A DNA stretch of 64,000 bases. It comes from an uncultured Gammaproteobacteria bacterium. Its GTDB lineage: Bacteria; Pseudomonadota; Gammaproteobacteria; UBA9214. Both the position numbers and the translations under genes were made by a program. The notes under the pieces were generated by a model. That model was given only the letters and a program-made list of their open reading frames with translations, did no database searches and was not told where the DNA came from. Positions 10,424-23,271 of the stretch are shown one piece after another. The stretch covers positions 188,967-252,966 of the forward strand of contig CAVYZN010000011.1 in NCBI GenBank assembly GCA_963773065.1, read 5' to 3'. How positions within the stretch are numbered: position 1 is the stretch's first letter; each line of letters starts with the position of its first letter.

Positions 10424-13027
10424 TTAACTGTCGAGCTTCTGTTGTAACAATTCTTTCAAGCTATAGAGCAACTGGTGGGCCTGCCGCGGCGTCAGGTGGT
10501 CCGGGCTGATGCCTTCCAGGGCTTCGAGCACGGGGTGCTCTGTCGCATCGAACAACCCCGGCTGCGGCCTGGGACGGTGATCCACGACGGCGTTCCGGTC
10601 GCTGGATTCCAGTTCCTGCAGCCGCTGCCTGGCCTGCTCGATGACCGTTTGCGGCACTCCGGCCAGCGCCGCCACATGCAGGCCGTAACTGCGATCCGCC
10701 GCGCCTTCCCTGACGGCGTGCAGAAACACAATCCGGTCGTCATGCTCGATGGCATCGAGGTGCACGTTGACGATGCCTTCATTAGCCTCCGGCAATACCG
10801 TCAGTTCGAAATAATGCGTGGCGAACAGGGTGTAGGCCCGGATGCGGGTGGCCAGGTCGATCGCGCAGGCCCAGGCCAGCGCCAGGCCGTCATAGGTGCT
10901 GGTGCCGCGCCCGATTTCATCCATCAGGATCAGGCTGTGCTCGGTGGCATTATGCAGGATGTTCGCCGTTTCGGTCATCTCGACCATGAAGGTGGAGCGT
11001 CCGCCGGCCAGATCATCCGAGGCGCCGATGCGGGTGAAAATGCGATCCACCGGACCGATGACGGCCGTATCGGCCGGTACATAACAGCCGATATGCGCCA
11101 GCAACACGATCAGCGCCGTCTGGCGCATGTAGGTGGATTTGCCGCCCATGTTGGGGCCGGTGATGATAAGCATGCGCCGCCTGGCGTTCAGCCTGACATC
11201 ATTCGGGATGAAGGGCTCGTCCAGCATCCGCTCCACCACCGGGTGGCGACCGCCGGTGATGGTAATGCCGGGCCGCTCATCCAGAACCGGGCAGGCGAGG
11301 TTCAGCGTGAGGCTGCGTTCCGCGAAGGTGGCCAGGGTGTCGAGTTCGGCGAGGGCCTCGGCACAGCGCCCCAGGGGTTCGAGGTAAGCTGCGAGGGTTT
11401 CCAGCAGGTCGTTGTAGAGGGTCTTTTCCAGTGACAGGGCGCGTTCGCGCGCGCTCAGCACTCTGTCCTCATGGGTCTTGAGTTCCGGCGTGATATAGCG
11501 CTCGACGCCCTTGAGTGTCTGGCGGCGCTGGTAATCGACCGGGACCTTGGCGACCTGCGAGCGGCTCACCTCGATATAGTAGCCGTGGACGCGATTGTAG
11601 CTGATCTTGAGATTGGTGATGCCCGTGCGTTCACGCTCGCGGGTCTCCAGGTCAAACAGGTACTGGTCGCCATGTTCGCTCAGGTCGCGCAATTCATCGA
11701 GTGTGGCGTCATAGCCTGCGGCCAGCACGCCGCCATCACGAATCAGCACGGGCGGTGTGGCGACGATCGCGGCATGCAACAGATCGTGGACCTCGGGGTG
11801 GAGGCCGATCCGCTCCGCCAGGTCGCTGAGCAGGGGATCGGTGCCGCCTGCCACACTTTCCTGCACGGCGGGCAACTGCCGCAGGCTGTCGCGCAGGGCG
11901 GCGAGGTCACGGGGTCTGGCCGATTTCAGCGCCACGCGCGCCAGGATTCGCTCGATGTCGGCGATGCCGTGCAGGATGTCATGCAGGGCCTCGAACCGGC
12001 GGTTCTCGATCAATTGCCCAACGCACTGGTGGCGCCGGCGCAGCACCGCGGGGTCGCGCAACGGGCGGTGCAGCCAGCGTCGCAGCTGCCGGCTGCCCAT
12101 GCTGGTCGCGGTCGTGTCGAGGACGGCCGCCAGGGTGTGGGCGCTTGCCCCCGTCACCGAATGTTCCAGTTCCAGGTTGCGCCGGGTGGCGGCATCCATC
12201 ACCAGAGTGCTGCCGCGATCCTCAACGCGCAGGCCGCGCAAGTGCGGCAGGGCGGTGCGCTGTGTGTTGCGCACGTATTGCAACAGGCAGCCCGCGGCGC
12301 CGATGGCGCACCCGAGCGCTTCGCACCCGAAGCCTGACAGGTCCCGGGTCCCGAACTGCTCGTTCAATTGACGCCGTGAACTCTCCGGATCAAACAGCCA
12401 GGGCGCCTGCTGGCGCAGGCCGGGTCTGTTTTTCATGGCCGCGGGCAGGCGGATGGCCTCGTTGACAAGGAGTTCGGCGGGCCGCAGCCGTTCCAGTTCG
12501 CCCAGCAGGGCCTCGTCACCGCTGAATTCCTGCACGCTGAAGCGTGCGCCGGCAAGGTCGAGGATGGCCAGTCCCCAAACCTTACCCGCCTGGTTCAGCG
12601 CGACCATGAGATTGTCCTGGCGTTCATTCAGCAGGGCCTCGTCCGTGACCGTTCCCGGCGTCACGATGCGCACCACCCGGCGTTCCACCGGCCCCTTGCC
12701 GGCGCCGACATCCCCGATCTGTTCGCAGATGGCAACCGACTCTCCCTGGCGCACCAGCCGTCCCAGGTATTGCTCGGCGGCATGGACCGGCACCCCCGCC
12801 ATGGGGATGGGTTCACCGGCCGAGTGCCCGCGCGCCGTCAGGGTGATATCGAGCAGCCGGGCGGCGCGCCGGGCGTCGTCATAGAAGAGTTCGTAGAAGT
12901 CACCCATGCGGTAAAACAGCAGGATATCCGGATGTTCGGATTTGATGCTCAGGTACTGCTGCATCATCGGGGTATGGCTGGGGGCATTGCCGGTCATGGT
13001 GGGCAAGTCTACCGCATCAGTGGCCAT
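10424..13027 (-). CDS. mutS: DNA mismatch repair protein MutS
   Basis: 867-aa ORF: [30 protein letters not shown], Walker [16 protein letters not shown] and [14 protein letters not shown]. Confidence 0.97.
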   Translation of the reverse strand: MATDAVDLPTMTGNAPSHTPMMQQYLSIKSEHPDILLFYRMGDFYELFYDDARRAARLLDITLTARGHSAGEPIPMAGVPVHAAEQYLGRLVRQGESVAICEQIGDVGAGKGPVERRVVRIVTPGTVTDEALLNERQDNLMVALNQAGKVWGLAILDLAGARFSVQEFSGDEALLGELERLRPAELLVNEAIRLPAAMKNRPGLRQQAPWLFDPESSRRQLNEQFGTRDLSGFGCEALGCAIGAAGCLLQYVRNTQRTALPHLRGLRVEDRGSTLVMDAATRRNLELEHSVTGASAHTLAAVLDTTATSMGSRQLRRWLHRPLRDPAVLRRRHQCVGQLIENRRFEALHDILHGIADIERILARVALKSARPRDLAALRDSLRQLPAVQESVAGGTDPLLSDLAERIGLHPEVHDLLHAAIVATPPVLIRDGGVLAAGYDATLDELRDLSEHGDQYLFDLETRERERTGITNLKISYNRVHGYYIEVSRSQVAKVPVDYQRRQTLKGVERYITPELKTHEDRVLSARERALSLEKTLYNDLLETLAAYLEPLGRCAEALAELDTLATFAERSLTLNLACPVLDERPGITITGGRHPVVERMLDEPFIPNDVRLNARRRMLIITGPNMGGKSTYMRQTALIVLLAHIGCYVPADTAVIGPVDRIFTRIGASDDLAGGRSTFMVEMTETANILHNATEHSLILMDEIGRGTSTYDGLALAWACAIDLATRIRAYTLFATHYFELTVLPEANEGIVNVHLDAIEHDDRIVFLHAVREGAADRSYGLHVAALAGVPQTVIEQARQRLQELESSDRNAVVDHRPRPQPGLFDATEHPVLEALEGISPDHLTPRQAHQLLYSLKELLQQKLDS

Positions 13028-13110
13028 TTGCGCAGTTTGACGCAGCGCCCGCTGCTATACAGAATGCTAATTGATGCGGAGAAGAATCCCTAATTGCCGA
13101 GGCAGGCGCT

Positions 13111-13599
13111 GTGCGTGATTTGAATGAATTGGCCGCCAGGGTGGGTGGTTTGCTGCTTGAGCAGAACCGGATGCTGGCGACGGCCGAATCCTGCACAGGC
13201 GGCTGGGTGGCCAAGTGTATCACCGACATCGCCGGCAGCTCCCAATGGTTTGATCGCGGTTTCGTGACCTACAGCAATCGCGCCAAGCAGGACATGCTGG
13301 GCGTGGCGGCGGCGACGCTGCAGGCGCAAGGTGCGGTGAGCGAGGCGACGGTCATCGAGATGGCGCGGGGTGCGCTGGCACGCAGCGCGGCGGCCATCGC
13401 CGTCGCCGTCAGCGGCATTGCCGGACCCGGCGGCGACGTGCCGGGGAAACCCGTCGGCACGGTGTGTTTCGCCTGGGCCGTGTCTGGCGCTTCACCGCGT
13501 GTGGAGACGCGGCATTTTGACGGTGACCGGGAGGCGATTCGCCACCAATCGGTCGCCCGTGCCCTCGAAGGGGTGCTGGATGTGCTCGCAGCCGGCTGA
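13111..13599 (+). CDS. pncC: nicotinamide-nucleotide amidohydrolase (CinA C-terminal domain, PncC family)
   Basis: 162-aa ORF: LATAESCTGGWVAKCITDIAGSSQWFDRGFVTYSNRAKQDMLGV...VAVSGIAGPGG. Lies upstream of recA, as in many proteobacteria. Confidence 0.88.
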   Translation: MRDLNELAARVGGLLLEQNRMLATAESCTGGWVAKCITDIAGSSQWFDRGFVTYSNRAKQDMLGVAAATLQAQGAVSEATVIEMARGALARSAAAIAVAVSGIAGPGGDVPGKPVGTVCFAWAVSGASPRVETRHFDGDREAIRHQSVARALEGVLDVLAAG

Positions 13600-14120
13600 A
13601 GCAACTCGACGGCTGTTCTTTGCGTTGTGGCCAGACGCGGAAATCCGCGCGGCGCTTGATGCCCTCGCGCGGCGGCAGATTCACAAACAGGCCAAACGGG
13701 TCGCGGCCGACAATCTGCATATCACGATTGCATTTCCCGGCGCGGTGACGGCCCACGTGCAGGAGTGCCTGGAAACGGCCGCCGGCAAGCTCAAGGGTGC
13801 GCCATTCGAGCTGGCCATCGACCGACTGGGCTACTGGCCGGTTCCGCGCATCCTCTGGGCGGCGCCCTCGCATACCCCGCCCGAATTGTTGGCTTTGACC
13901 GCCGCACTGCGGGAGGTGTCTGGAGGCGTGCGGGCTGATGCCTGAAAACCGTCCCTACCAGGCGCATATCACCCTGGCGCGCAAGGCCGGCCGGGCATTG
14001 ACCGTCACCTCGGTTGCGCCGATCCGCTGGTCAATCAGACATTTCTGTCTGGTTGAGTCGGTCAGTGAACCCGCGGGCGTCAGATATCAGGTGCTTCGCT
14101 TCTGGCCGCTAGAGGGCTAG
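13580..14120 (+). pseudogene. thpR: RNA 2',3'-cyclic phosphodiesterase ThpR (LigT), apparent frameshift
   Basis: The first half (RLFFALWP...NLHITIAF, first HxT motif) ends at 13945. The second half (PENRPYQAHITLAR, second HxT motif, to 14120) is in another frame. The frame switches within about 13911-13922. Confidence 0.75.
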
Positions 14121-14210
14121 TTGCTTCTGTGGGATAATCCCCGCCTCATCAAGAGAGGCGGGTGGCGGGACAGGGACTGTCGCGCCACGAACCACCGTTG
14201 GAGGAGCTAA

Positions 14211-15245
14211 ATGGAAGAGAACAAACGCAAGGCCTTGAACGCGGCGCTGAGCCAGATTGAAAAGCAGTTTGGCAAGGGAGCCGTCATGCGCATGGGGGAT
14301 GTCCCCGCCGTGCGCGATGTCGATATTATTTCTACCGGATCGCTGGGACTGGATCTGGCGCTGGGCATTGGCGGACTGCCGCGCGGTCGCGTCATCGAGA
14401 TCTACGGACCGGAATCCTCCGGCAAAACCACGCTTACCCTGCAAGTCATCGCCGAGGCGCAGAAGATGGGCGGGACGGCGGCGTTCGTCGATGCCGAACA
14501 CGCGCTCGATCCCCTCTATGCCGAAAAGCTGGGCGTCGACGTCGACGAGCTGCTGGTTTCCCAGCCCGACACCGGCGAACAGGCGCTCGAAATCACCGAC
14601 ATGCTGGTGCGCTCCGGTTCGGTGGATGTCGTCGTCGTCGACTCCGTGGCGGCGCTCACGCCCAAGGCCGAGATCGAGGGCGACATGGGCGATTCCCACA
14701 TGGGCCTGCAGGCCCGCCTCATGTCGCAGGCGCTGCGCAAACTCACCGCCAACATCAAGCGCTCGAACACCATGGTGATCTTCATCAACCAGATCCGCAT
14801 GAAGATCGGCGTCATGTTCGGCAACCCCGAAACCACCACCGGCGGCAACGCCCTCAAGTTTTACGCCTCGGTGCGCATGGATATCCGCCGCATCGGCGCG
14901 ATCAAGAAGGGGGAGGAAATCATCGGCAACGAGACCCGGGTCAAGGTGGTCAAGAACAAGGTGGCGCCCCCCTTCAAGCAGGCGGAATTCCAGATTCTCT
15001 ATGGCGAGGGGATTTCCCGCGAGGGCGAGATCATCGACCTGGGCGTCAGTCACGGTTATATCGAGAAATCCGGCGCCTGGTACAGCTATAACGGCGAGCG
15101 CATCGGGCAGGGCAAGGACAATGTGCGCGAGTTCTTGAAGCAGAATCCGGGCATCGCCGCCGAGATCGAGGGCCGGGTACGCACCGAGCTGCTGGGGAAG
15201 GCTCCTACCGCCGTGACCGAGGAGGTAGCCGAAGCTGAAGCCTGA
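14211..15245 (+). CDS. recA: recombinase RecA
   Basis: 344-aa ORF with [47 protein letters not shown] and [31 protein letters not shown]. Confidence 0.98.
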   Translation: MEENKRKALNAALSQIEKQFGKGAVMRMGDVPAVRDVDIISTGSLGLDLALGIGGLPRGRVIEIYGPESSGKTTLTLQVIAEAQKMGGTAAFVDAEHALDPLYAEKLGVDVDELLVSQPDTGEQALEITDMLVRSGSVDVVVVDSVAALTPKAEIEGDMGDSHMGLQARLMSQALRKLTANIKRSNTMVIFINQIRMKIGVMFGNPETTTGGNALKFYASVRMDIRRIGAIKKGEEIIGNETRVKVVKNKVAPPFKQAEFQILYGEGISREGEIIDLGVSHGYIEKSGAWYSYNGERIGQGKDNVREFLKQNPGIAAEIEGRVRTELLGKAPTAVTEEVAEAEA

Positions 15246-15696
15246 ACGAGACGGCGTCGCCGTTGAGGCAAGAAAAACGGCGCTTGACCTGCTCTCGCGC
15301 CGCGAACACAGCGAGCGGGAGCTGGTGCAAAAACTTTCATCCCGAGGCATCGGAACGGGGGTGGTCGAGGCAACCATCGCCGCTCTGGTCGCGGAGGGGC
15401 TGCTCAGCAACGCCCGCTATGCCGAGTCGTTCATTCATTCCCGTTTTCAGCGCGGCCAGGGACCGCAGAAGATCCGGGCGGAACTGCGTGAACACGGCAT
15501 CGACGACGATCTGATCGGTGCCTGCCTGGCTGAATACGACGCGCGTTGGCAGGAACGGCTCGAGCAGGTGCGGTTGAAAAGGTTCGGTCCGGCGCCACCT
15601 GGCAACTTCACGGAGCGCAGCCGCCAGATGCGCTTTCTCCTGCAACGCGGCTTCACGGCAGAACAGATCGCGGCGGTGTTTCGCGAGCGCGATTGA
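15235..15696 (+). CDS. recX: recombination regulator RecX (start uncertain)
   Basis: The frame is open from 15229. [28 protein letters not shown]...[20 protein letters not shown]...[11 protein letters not shown] shows the RecX repeat pattern, directly after recA. No ATG/GTG exists upstream of 15325 (only CTG 15235), so the 5' end is unresolved. Confidence 0.8.
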   Translation: MKPERDGVAVEARKTALDLLSRREHSERELVQKLSSRGIGTGVVEATIAALVAEGLLSNARYAESFIHSRFQRGQGPQKIRAELREHGIDDDLIGACLAEYDARWQERLEQVRLKRFGPAPPGNFTERSRQMRFLLQRGFTAEQIAAVFRERD

Positions 15697-15901
15697 TCGG
15701 TGTCCATGCCGGTTCAGGGCGGGGTGCGCACGGACCGCCGTACCTGCACTTCCCATCACCGGCTCCCAGGCAAGGCGTGATGACCTGAAATCTCGCGCCG
15801 ACGCTCGAAAGGTGTTCCAATCCCCCCCCAAACCCTTGATAATAAAGCCGGAGGATTTCCACTCCATGACCGGATGACCGGGTTACAAGGATACTTGCCG
15901 G

Positions 15902-18508
<2,607 letters not shown>

Positions 18509-18608
18509 TGGTGCTTTAAACCGTCGCCATTCTATAGTTTAATCCGCAATCTTTTGCGCTTAATGCCCTGCGGCGCCTGACCGCCGGGCGGGGTTATATA
18601 AATCGGAT

Positions 18609-19838
18609 ATGGCACTGATTGTTCAAAAATACGGCGGGACCTCGGTGGGCAGCCCGGAACGCATCGGGAAGGTGGCTGACAAAGTTATCGGCTCGCGCAG
18701 CCGGGGTAACGATGTGGTGGTGGTGGTTTCCGCGATGAGCGGGGAGACGGACCGCTTGATCAATCTGGCACGGGATATCACCGAGCAGCCTTCGCCGCGT
18801 GAATTGGATGTGCTGCTGGCAACTGGCGAGCAGGTCACCATCGCACTGCTCAGCATGGCGCTGGAGAAGCGAGACTGCAGCGCGCGTTCTTATACCGGCA
18901 CTCAGGTGCATATCCGCACGGACAGCGCCCATAACAAGGCGCGTATACGTAATATCGAGGACAAGCATATCCGCGCGGATCTGGCGCAGGGCAAGGTAGT
19001 GGTTGTGGCGGGTTTCCAGGGTGTGGACGAAGACGGCAACATCACCACCCTCGGGCGCGGCGGTTCCGATACCACGGCCGTGGCGTTGGCCGCGGCGCTG
19101 AAGGCGGACGAATGCCAAATCTACACCGACGTGGACGGCGTCTATACCACCGATCCGCGCGTGGTGCCGGAGGCGCGTCGCCTGGACCGGATTACCTTCG
19201 AGGAAATGCTGGAGATGGCCAGTCTCGGTTCCAAGGTCCTGCAAATCCGCTCGGTCAGTTTTGCCGGCCGTTACAATGTGCCGCTGCGTGTACTGTCGAG
19301 CTTCGAGGAAGGCGAGGGTACGCTCATTACCTATGAGGATGAAAACATGGAACAGGCATTGATCTCAGGCATTGCCTTCAATCGTGACGAGGCCAAGCTG
19401 ACCATTCTGGGCGTGCCGGACAAACCCGGTGTCGCCTACCAGATCCTGGGTCCGATTGCCGATGCCAACATCGAAGTGGACATGATCGTGCAGAACATCG
19501 CACCGGACGGGGCGACAACAGACTTTACCTTTACCGTGCACCGCAATGATTTCAAGAAGGCACTGGCAATACTCGATGGAACGGCTAAAGAGCTGGGCGC
19601 GCGTGAAGTCTCGGGTGATAACAAGATTGTGAAGATTTCCCTGGTCGGGGTCGGCATGCGCTCGCATGCCGGCATTGCCTCGACCATGTTCGCGGCACTG
19701 GCCAAGGAAGGGGTGAACATCCGCATGATCTCCACCTCGGAGATCAAGATTTCAGTGGTGGTGGATGAAAAATACCTTGAGCTGGGTGTGCGCACACTGC
19801 ACGACGCCTTCAATCTGGCGCGTCCGCAAGATGATTAG
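18609..19838 (+). CDS. lysC: aspartate kinase
   Basis: MALIVQKYGGTSVGSPERI..., VVVVSAMSGETDRLI, GRGGSDTTAVALAAAL, plus two C-terminal ACT domains. Confidence 0.96.
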   Translation: MALIVQKYGGTSVGSPERIGKVADKVIGSRSRGNDVVVVVSAMSGETDRLINLARDITEQPSPRELDVLLATGEQVTIALLSMALEKRDCSARSYTGTQVHIRTDSAHNKARIRNIEDKHIRADLAQGKVVVVAGFQGVDEDGNITTLGRGGSDTTAVALAAALKADECQIYTDVDGVYTTDPRVVPEARRLDRITFEEMLEMASLGSKVLQIRSVSFAGRYNVPLRVLSSFEEGEGTLITYEDENMEQALISGIAFNRDEAKLTILGVPDKPGVAYQILGPIADANIEVDMIVQNIAPDGATTDFTFTVHRNDFKKALAILDGTAKELGAREVSGDNKIVKISLVGVGMRSHAGIASTMFAALAKEGVNIRMISTSEIKISVVVDEKYLELGVRTLHDAFNLARPQDD

Positions 19839-20042
19839 AGTGCATTAAAAAACCCTAATTACAATGCAGTTATCGAGAGCCATTCTCGAATACTATGCTA
19901 CCCTTCTTATATCATTGATAAAAATAAAGACGGCGCCTACAGAAATACCGGCATACGCCGAAACTAAAACTAACATGACTGGTCTGGTTAATACGTGTCA
20001 TGGACTTTGCAGGGATCACAAAGAAACAAGGAGATGGAAGCT

Positions 20043-20237
20043 ATGTTGATCTTAACGCGCAGGGTTGGAGAGACCCTGATGATCGGGGATGAAGTGACTG
20101 TCACTGTCCTCGGTGTCAAAGGTAACCAGGTCAGAATCGGTGTTAATGCTCCAAAGAATGTTGCCGTGCACAGGGAAGAAATCTACGACCGGATCAAACA
20201 GGAGCAGGTTAAGACTGATGGCACGAATTCCTCCTGA
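20043..20237 (+). CDS. csrA: carbon storage regulator CsrA/RsmA
   Basis: [48 protein letters not shown] is the canonical CsrA sequence. GGAG SD upstream. Start set at ATG 20043 inside the 19995 ORF. Confidence 0.96.
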   Translation: MLILTRRVGETLMIGDEVTVTVLGVKGNQVRIGVNAPKNVAVHREEIYDRIKQEQVKTDGTNSS

Positions 20238-20342
20238 AATTCTGTACATTTCCAGCCACACACTTTACCTCAAATAACCGCAACGGTATGCTACGCCTCT
20301 TGGCAGTGGTGAGCATGGGGCTTTCGGCTGCGAAACATTCAT

Positions 20343-20433
20343 GGAGAGGTGGCCGAGAGGCTGAAGGCGCGCCCCTGCTAAGGGCGTATGGGTCAAAAGC
20401 CCATCGAGGGTTCGAATCCCTCCCTCTCCGCCA
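20343..20433 (+). tRNA. tRNA-Ser (GCU anticodon)
   Basis: GGAGAGGTGGCCGAG...CCTGCTAAGGG (anticodon loop CT-GCT-AA), long variable arm, GGTTCGAATCCCTCCCTCTCCGCCA with encoded CCA. Confidence 0.93.
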
Positions 20434-20595
20434 ATCTTTGGGTATAATGCCGTCCCGTTTTACACGCGCCCGTAGCTTGGCGGCATGAGGCGTGAGTGAA
20501 TGTCCGGTAGGACATTCGCAGTGCGACGAACGCCTGGCCAGGACGGCCACGCTTTAAGATGCGCCTGGATGGGTTATCAAGCGACAACAAATTAC

Positions 20596-20672
20596 GCGCC
20601 CGTAGCTCAGTTGGATAGAGTACCTGGCTACGAACCAGGTGGTCGGGAGTTCGAATCTCTCCGGGCGCGCCA
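20596..20672 (+). tRNA. tRNA-Arg (ACG anticodon)
   Basis: GCGCCCGTAGCTCAGTTGGATAGAGTA-CCTGGCTACGAACCAGG (anticodon ACG)-TGGTCGGGAGTTCGAATCTCTCCGGGCGCGCCA. Cloverleaf folds by eye. Confidence 0.94.
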
Positions 20673-20739
20673 TTTTTCAATGACTTACAGCTGCCTTGAG
20701 CAAGTGGCTGTCCAATAGATACCCGTTTGTCCAATAGAA

Positions 20740-21816
20740 TCAGGTTGCCCTACCTTTTTTTAAGGGCTGAATCCGGACTGGCTTGCGCCGATACACCCGC
20801 TGGGTGATAGCGGTGTCGGCATGTCCAAGGCGTTCCGATGCTTCTACAAGGCTATCGGAATCACTAGCCACCTTGGCCCTCAGGTCGCGCTCCTGAAATC
20901 GTTCAGATACTTTGGTGGTTTCCATCACCTTATCCATGAATCGCTGCCAGAGACTGTCGAACGCATTGCAGCGACCCTGGTTATCAGTATAGGGTTTCCC
21001 TTGACGTGTAACGAACAACGGGGCATCACCAATACGCCGTGGCGGTATTCGTAGGATTTCATCGAGCAATGCGCGCATATCACCTTCCCGGTCCCACTCG
21101 ATGATCAGTCGCTTTCCGGTGCTCTGTTTTGTTTTGTTCAGCAGGATGTGAATCCCGTCGTCTCTAATGCTGGATAGTTTGAGGCGCAGGATGTCGCCGC
21201 GTCGTAACCCCGTCATGAGTTTGAAGCGGATGTAGGCATTAGCGACCAGTACACCGCGGTAGCTGGACTGTATGGACAGCGCTTCGTCGATTTCCCAATC
21301 CTCAACCAGCCTATCTCGTGGATGGGTGCCTTTGATTCTTACTTGGCCCAATATTGGATTCCGGTTAATTACTCCCCATTCCACAGCCTTCGTTAGGAGA
21401 TGGCTCAAGCACTGGATGTCATGTTTTGCTGAGGTCTTTCCGTGCGCCTTTGTCACCAAATCCGCGTATTTATACGCATGGACTGGCTGAATCTCGTTCG
21501 GGCGCATCATCCCGAATACGGGTTTCATTCGTCGGATAGCTAGCTGGTTGCTTTCCTGTGACTTGAAGGATTTCGTGGGTACGACTTCGAGCAGATAGCG
21601 ATCCATAAGATCACTGATCGTCGTTACATCTTCCAGCACACCTAACTTGTCTGCCCATGTTCGATATGCCTCAGGAAGAGTTTTGCCGAGAGTGAACTCT
21701 TTCTTCTCGTCCCATTGGCCTTCCATTCCCGGTGGTACCAGATAGCGGTAGGCTCCGTTCTTGAATCGCCATCGCTTCGGTAGTCCGCGATTTTGTTTGT
21801 TCCGTGGTTTTGGCAT
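20740..21816 (-). CDS. tyrosine-type site-specific integrase
   Basis: 358-aa ORF. The C-terminal catalytic pattern ...LMTGLRRGDIL..., ...ERDLRAKVASD..., LGHADTAITQRVYRR carries the R..H-x-x-R..Y residues. Lies adjacent to the tRNA. Confidence 0.9.
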   Translation of the reverse strand: MPKPRNKQNRGLPKRWRFKNGAYRYLVPPGMEGQWDEKKEFTLGKTLPEAYRTWADKLGVLEDVTTISDLMDRYLLEVVPTKSFKSQESNQLAIRRMKPVFGMMRPNEIQPVHAYKYADLVTKAHGKTSAKHDIQCLSHLLTKAVEWGVINRNPILGQVRIKGTHPRDRLVEDWEIDEALSIQSSYRGVLVANAYIRFKLMTGLRRGDILRLKLSSIRDDGIHILLNKTKQSTGKRLIIEWDREGDMRALLDEILRIPPRRIGDAPLFVTRQGKPYTDNQGRCNAFDSLWQRFMDKVMETTKVSERFQERDLRAKVASDSDSLVEASERLGHADTAITQRVYRRKPVRIQPLKKGRAT

Positions 21817-22025
21817 TACTGACCGAGGCTACTGAAATCGGGTTGGTTGGGTTTCCTTTTCGGTGCGCCCATCAGCTCCGTCAGCGTTGAATGCAGCACA
21901 ACCGGGCTGCCGTCTGGACGGAGCGTGTGATGAACCCCCATTTCTGACAAAGCGCGCACCTGCGCAGCATAGCGAACTTTCAGCGTCAGTTCCCTAATCT
22001 CCTCTTTGGTCAGACAAAGGGACAA
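21816..22025 (-). CDS. DUF4224-type small protein (excisionase-position gene)
   Basis: Only the last ~69 codons of ORF 21816-22310 look coding: LTKEEIRELTLKVRYAAQVRALSEMGVHHTLRPDGSPVVLHSTL resembles DUF4224. A TTG at 22025 is preceded by GAGGA. The stop overlaps the integrase start. Confidence 0.6.
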   Translation of the reverse strand: MSLCLTKEEIRELTLKVRYAAQVRALSEMGVHHTLRPDGSPVVLHSTLTELMGAPKRKPNQPDFSSLGQ

Positions 22026-22231
22026 TATGATTCCTCGGTTGCTAGTGATGCATGGAGTAGCGGAAATTAGCATGCAGAAAAAGTTATCAGCAACGAGTGA
22101 ATGTTTAGCCGTGTGATAAGAGAATTTGTCTTCCTCTCTAATCAGGTGTGTTGTTGCAGTGCTTGAGCGGAAAGCATTCGAAGCCATAGCAGATTCGGAA
22201 GTGCGATCAGAACTGAAAGGATGGACGCCTT

Positions 22232-22921
22232 TCACAGCCTTTCGCCCTTGAAGACCACAACGCCACAGATCCGGGCGTTCTGCTTGACCTCGACGATGCG
22301 GTTCGGCCACTCGGGATTCAGGGCCTTGAGATACTGATGCCCGCCCTCGATGATCAGCTGTTTGAAGGTCGCCTCCGCGGTGTCTTCCAGCATGACGACC
22401 ACGTACTTACCGCTGACCGGCTCGACCTGGGGGTCGACGAAGATCAAGTCACCGTCGTGGAACTTGGGCTCCATGCTGATGCCATGTACCCGCAGGACAT
22501 AGGTGTCCTGGCTGCAGATTACCGGGCAGGGAAGCCACTCATCGCTGGACTGCGGCTGGTAACCGTCCGCGATGTCCCTCCAGGCACCCGCTTGCACCCA
22601 GGAGATGACCGGGTGGAGGCTGCGCAGATCCGGGCCAAGGTGCACGTTGGCGTCCTTTGCGGCGAGGTTCGCTTGGTTCCATTCCGCCCGATGGGGTTCA
22701 TCCATCCAGCCCGTGGTCTTGCCCATCCCCTGTTCCAGTTTCCCGGCCAGATCGTCACCGATGCCGCGGGGTGTGCCCCGTTGGGTCGGCATCCGGCGCC
22801 GGACCTGGCTGAGATAGGAACTGTTGGTGCCGGCCCGGTGCGCCAATTTGACGGCCGAACCGGCCTCGGCAATGAGCAATTCGAGGTTATTCAGGCGGAT
22901 TTGCTCCGGGAGGCGTGTCAT
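22232..22921 (-). CDS. LexA/CI-like S24 peptidase repressor, copy 1
   Basis: N-terminal HTH (KLAHRAGTNSSYLSQVRR) and a C-terminal S24 domain with VHGISMEP (Ser) and ...ATFKQL (Lys). Divergent from a Cro-like gene. Confidence 0.88.
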   Translation of the reverse strand: MTRLPEQIRLNNLELLIAEAGSAVKLAHRAGTNSSYLSQVRRRMPTQRGTPRGIGDDLAGKLEQGMGKTTGWMDEPHRAEWNQANLAAKDANVHLGPDLRSLHPVISWVQAGAWRDIADGYQPQSSDEWLPCPVICSQDTYVLRVHGISMEPKFHDGDLIFVDPQVEPVSGKYVVVMLEDTAEATFKQLIIEGGHQYLKALNPEWPNRIVEVKQNARICGVVVFKGERL

Positions 22922-23016
22922 GGCGTTGACTATAGCAGATAATTTAGCACATGGATAAATAAATTGTTGGCAGATTTGCTTGATGACATGGATGCGCGCT
23001 GCTAAGGTGCGCCCGC
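22922..23016. promoter_or_regulatory. divergent repressor/Cro-like switch region (copy 1), possibly leaderless on both sides
   Basis: TATAGT lies 7 nt upstream of the repressor ATG (minus strand). TTGATG-17 nt-TAAGGT ends 8 nt upstream of the Cro-like ATG. Neither gene has an SD. Both hexamers are conserved in copy 2 (26878-26972). Confidence 0.4.
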
Positions 23017-23268
23017 ATGAAGCTAAGGACCTTCTTGAAACGCGCCACCAAGCGCGAACGCACCGAGCTCGCGAGTGTCTGCAACCACTCCGTCGCCTAC
23101 CTCTATCAGCTTGCCGGCCAGCATCGCCACGCCAGCCCCCAGCTGGCGACCCGCATCGAGCAGGTCAGCCGGCAGGTGGCGGCCCACTCCGGGGGACGGC
23201 TGGAACTCGTGCCGCGGGAAAGCCTCGTGCGGCATCCCGAAATTTTCGCTGGACTCCTCGGAGGCTAA
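23017..23268 (+). CDS. Cro/YdaS-like HTH protein, copy 1
   Basis: 83-aa ORF divergent from the repressor. ...LASVCNHSVAYLYQLAGQHRHASPQLATRIEQ is a YdaS/Cro-type HTH. Confidence 0.75.
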   Translation: MKLRTFLKRATKRERTELASVCNHSVAYLYQLAGQHRHASPQLATRIEQVSRQVAAHSGGRLELVPRESLVRHPEIFAGLLGG

Positions 23269-23271
23269 TCG

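Noticed and set aside
19864-20049. 61-aa AT-rich ORF upstream of csrA, and the 19995 start of the csrA ORF.
   Set aside because: The composition is that of an AT-rich leader or promoter region. Canonical CsrA begins at MLILTRR (20043) with its own SD, and the upstream residues have no homology-like features.
21816-22310. 164-aa ORF taken at face value.
   Set aside because: Its upstream half overlaps the 3' end of the repressor gene and looks non-coding. Only the last ~69 codons, with their own GAGGA-TTG start, resemble a real (DUF4224-like) protein.
23075-23271. 5' extension of the ParB-like ORF (start at 23075).
   Set aside because: It runs through the Cro-like gene in an alternative frame and produces Pro/Ser/Arg-rich nonsense. 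It is an artefact of an open frame in GC-rich sequence.
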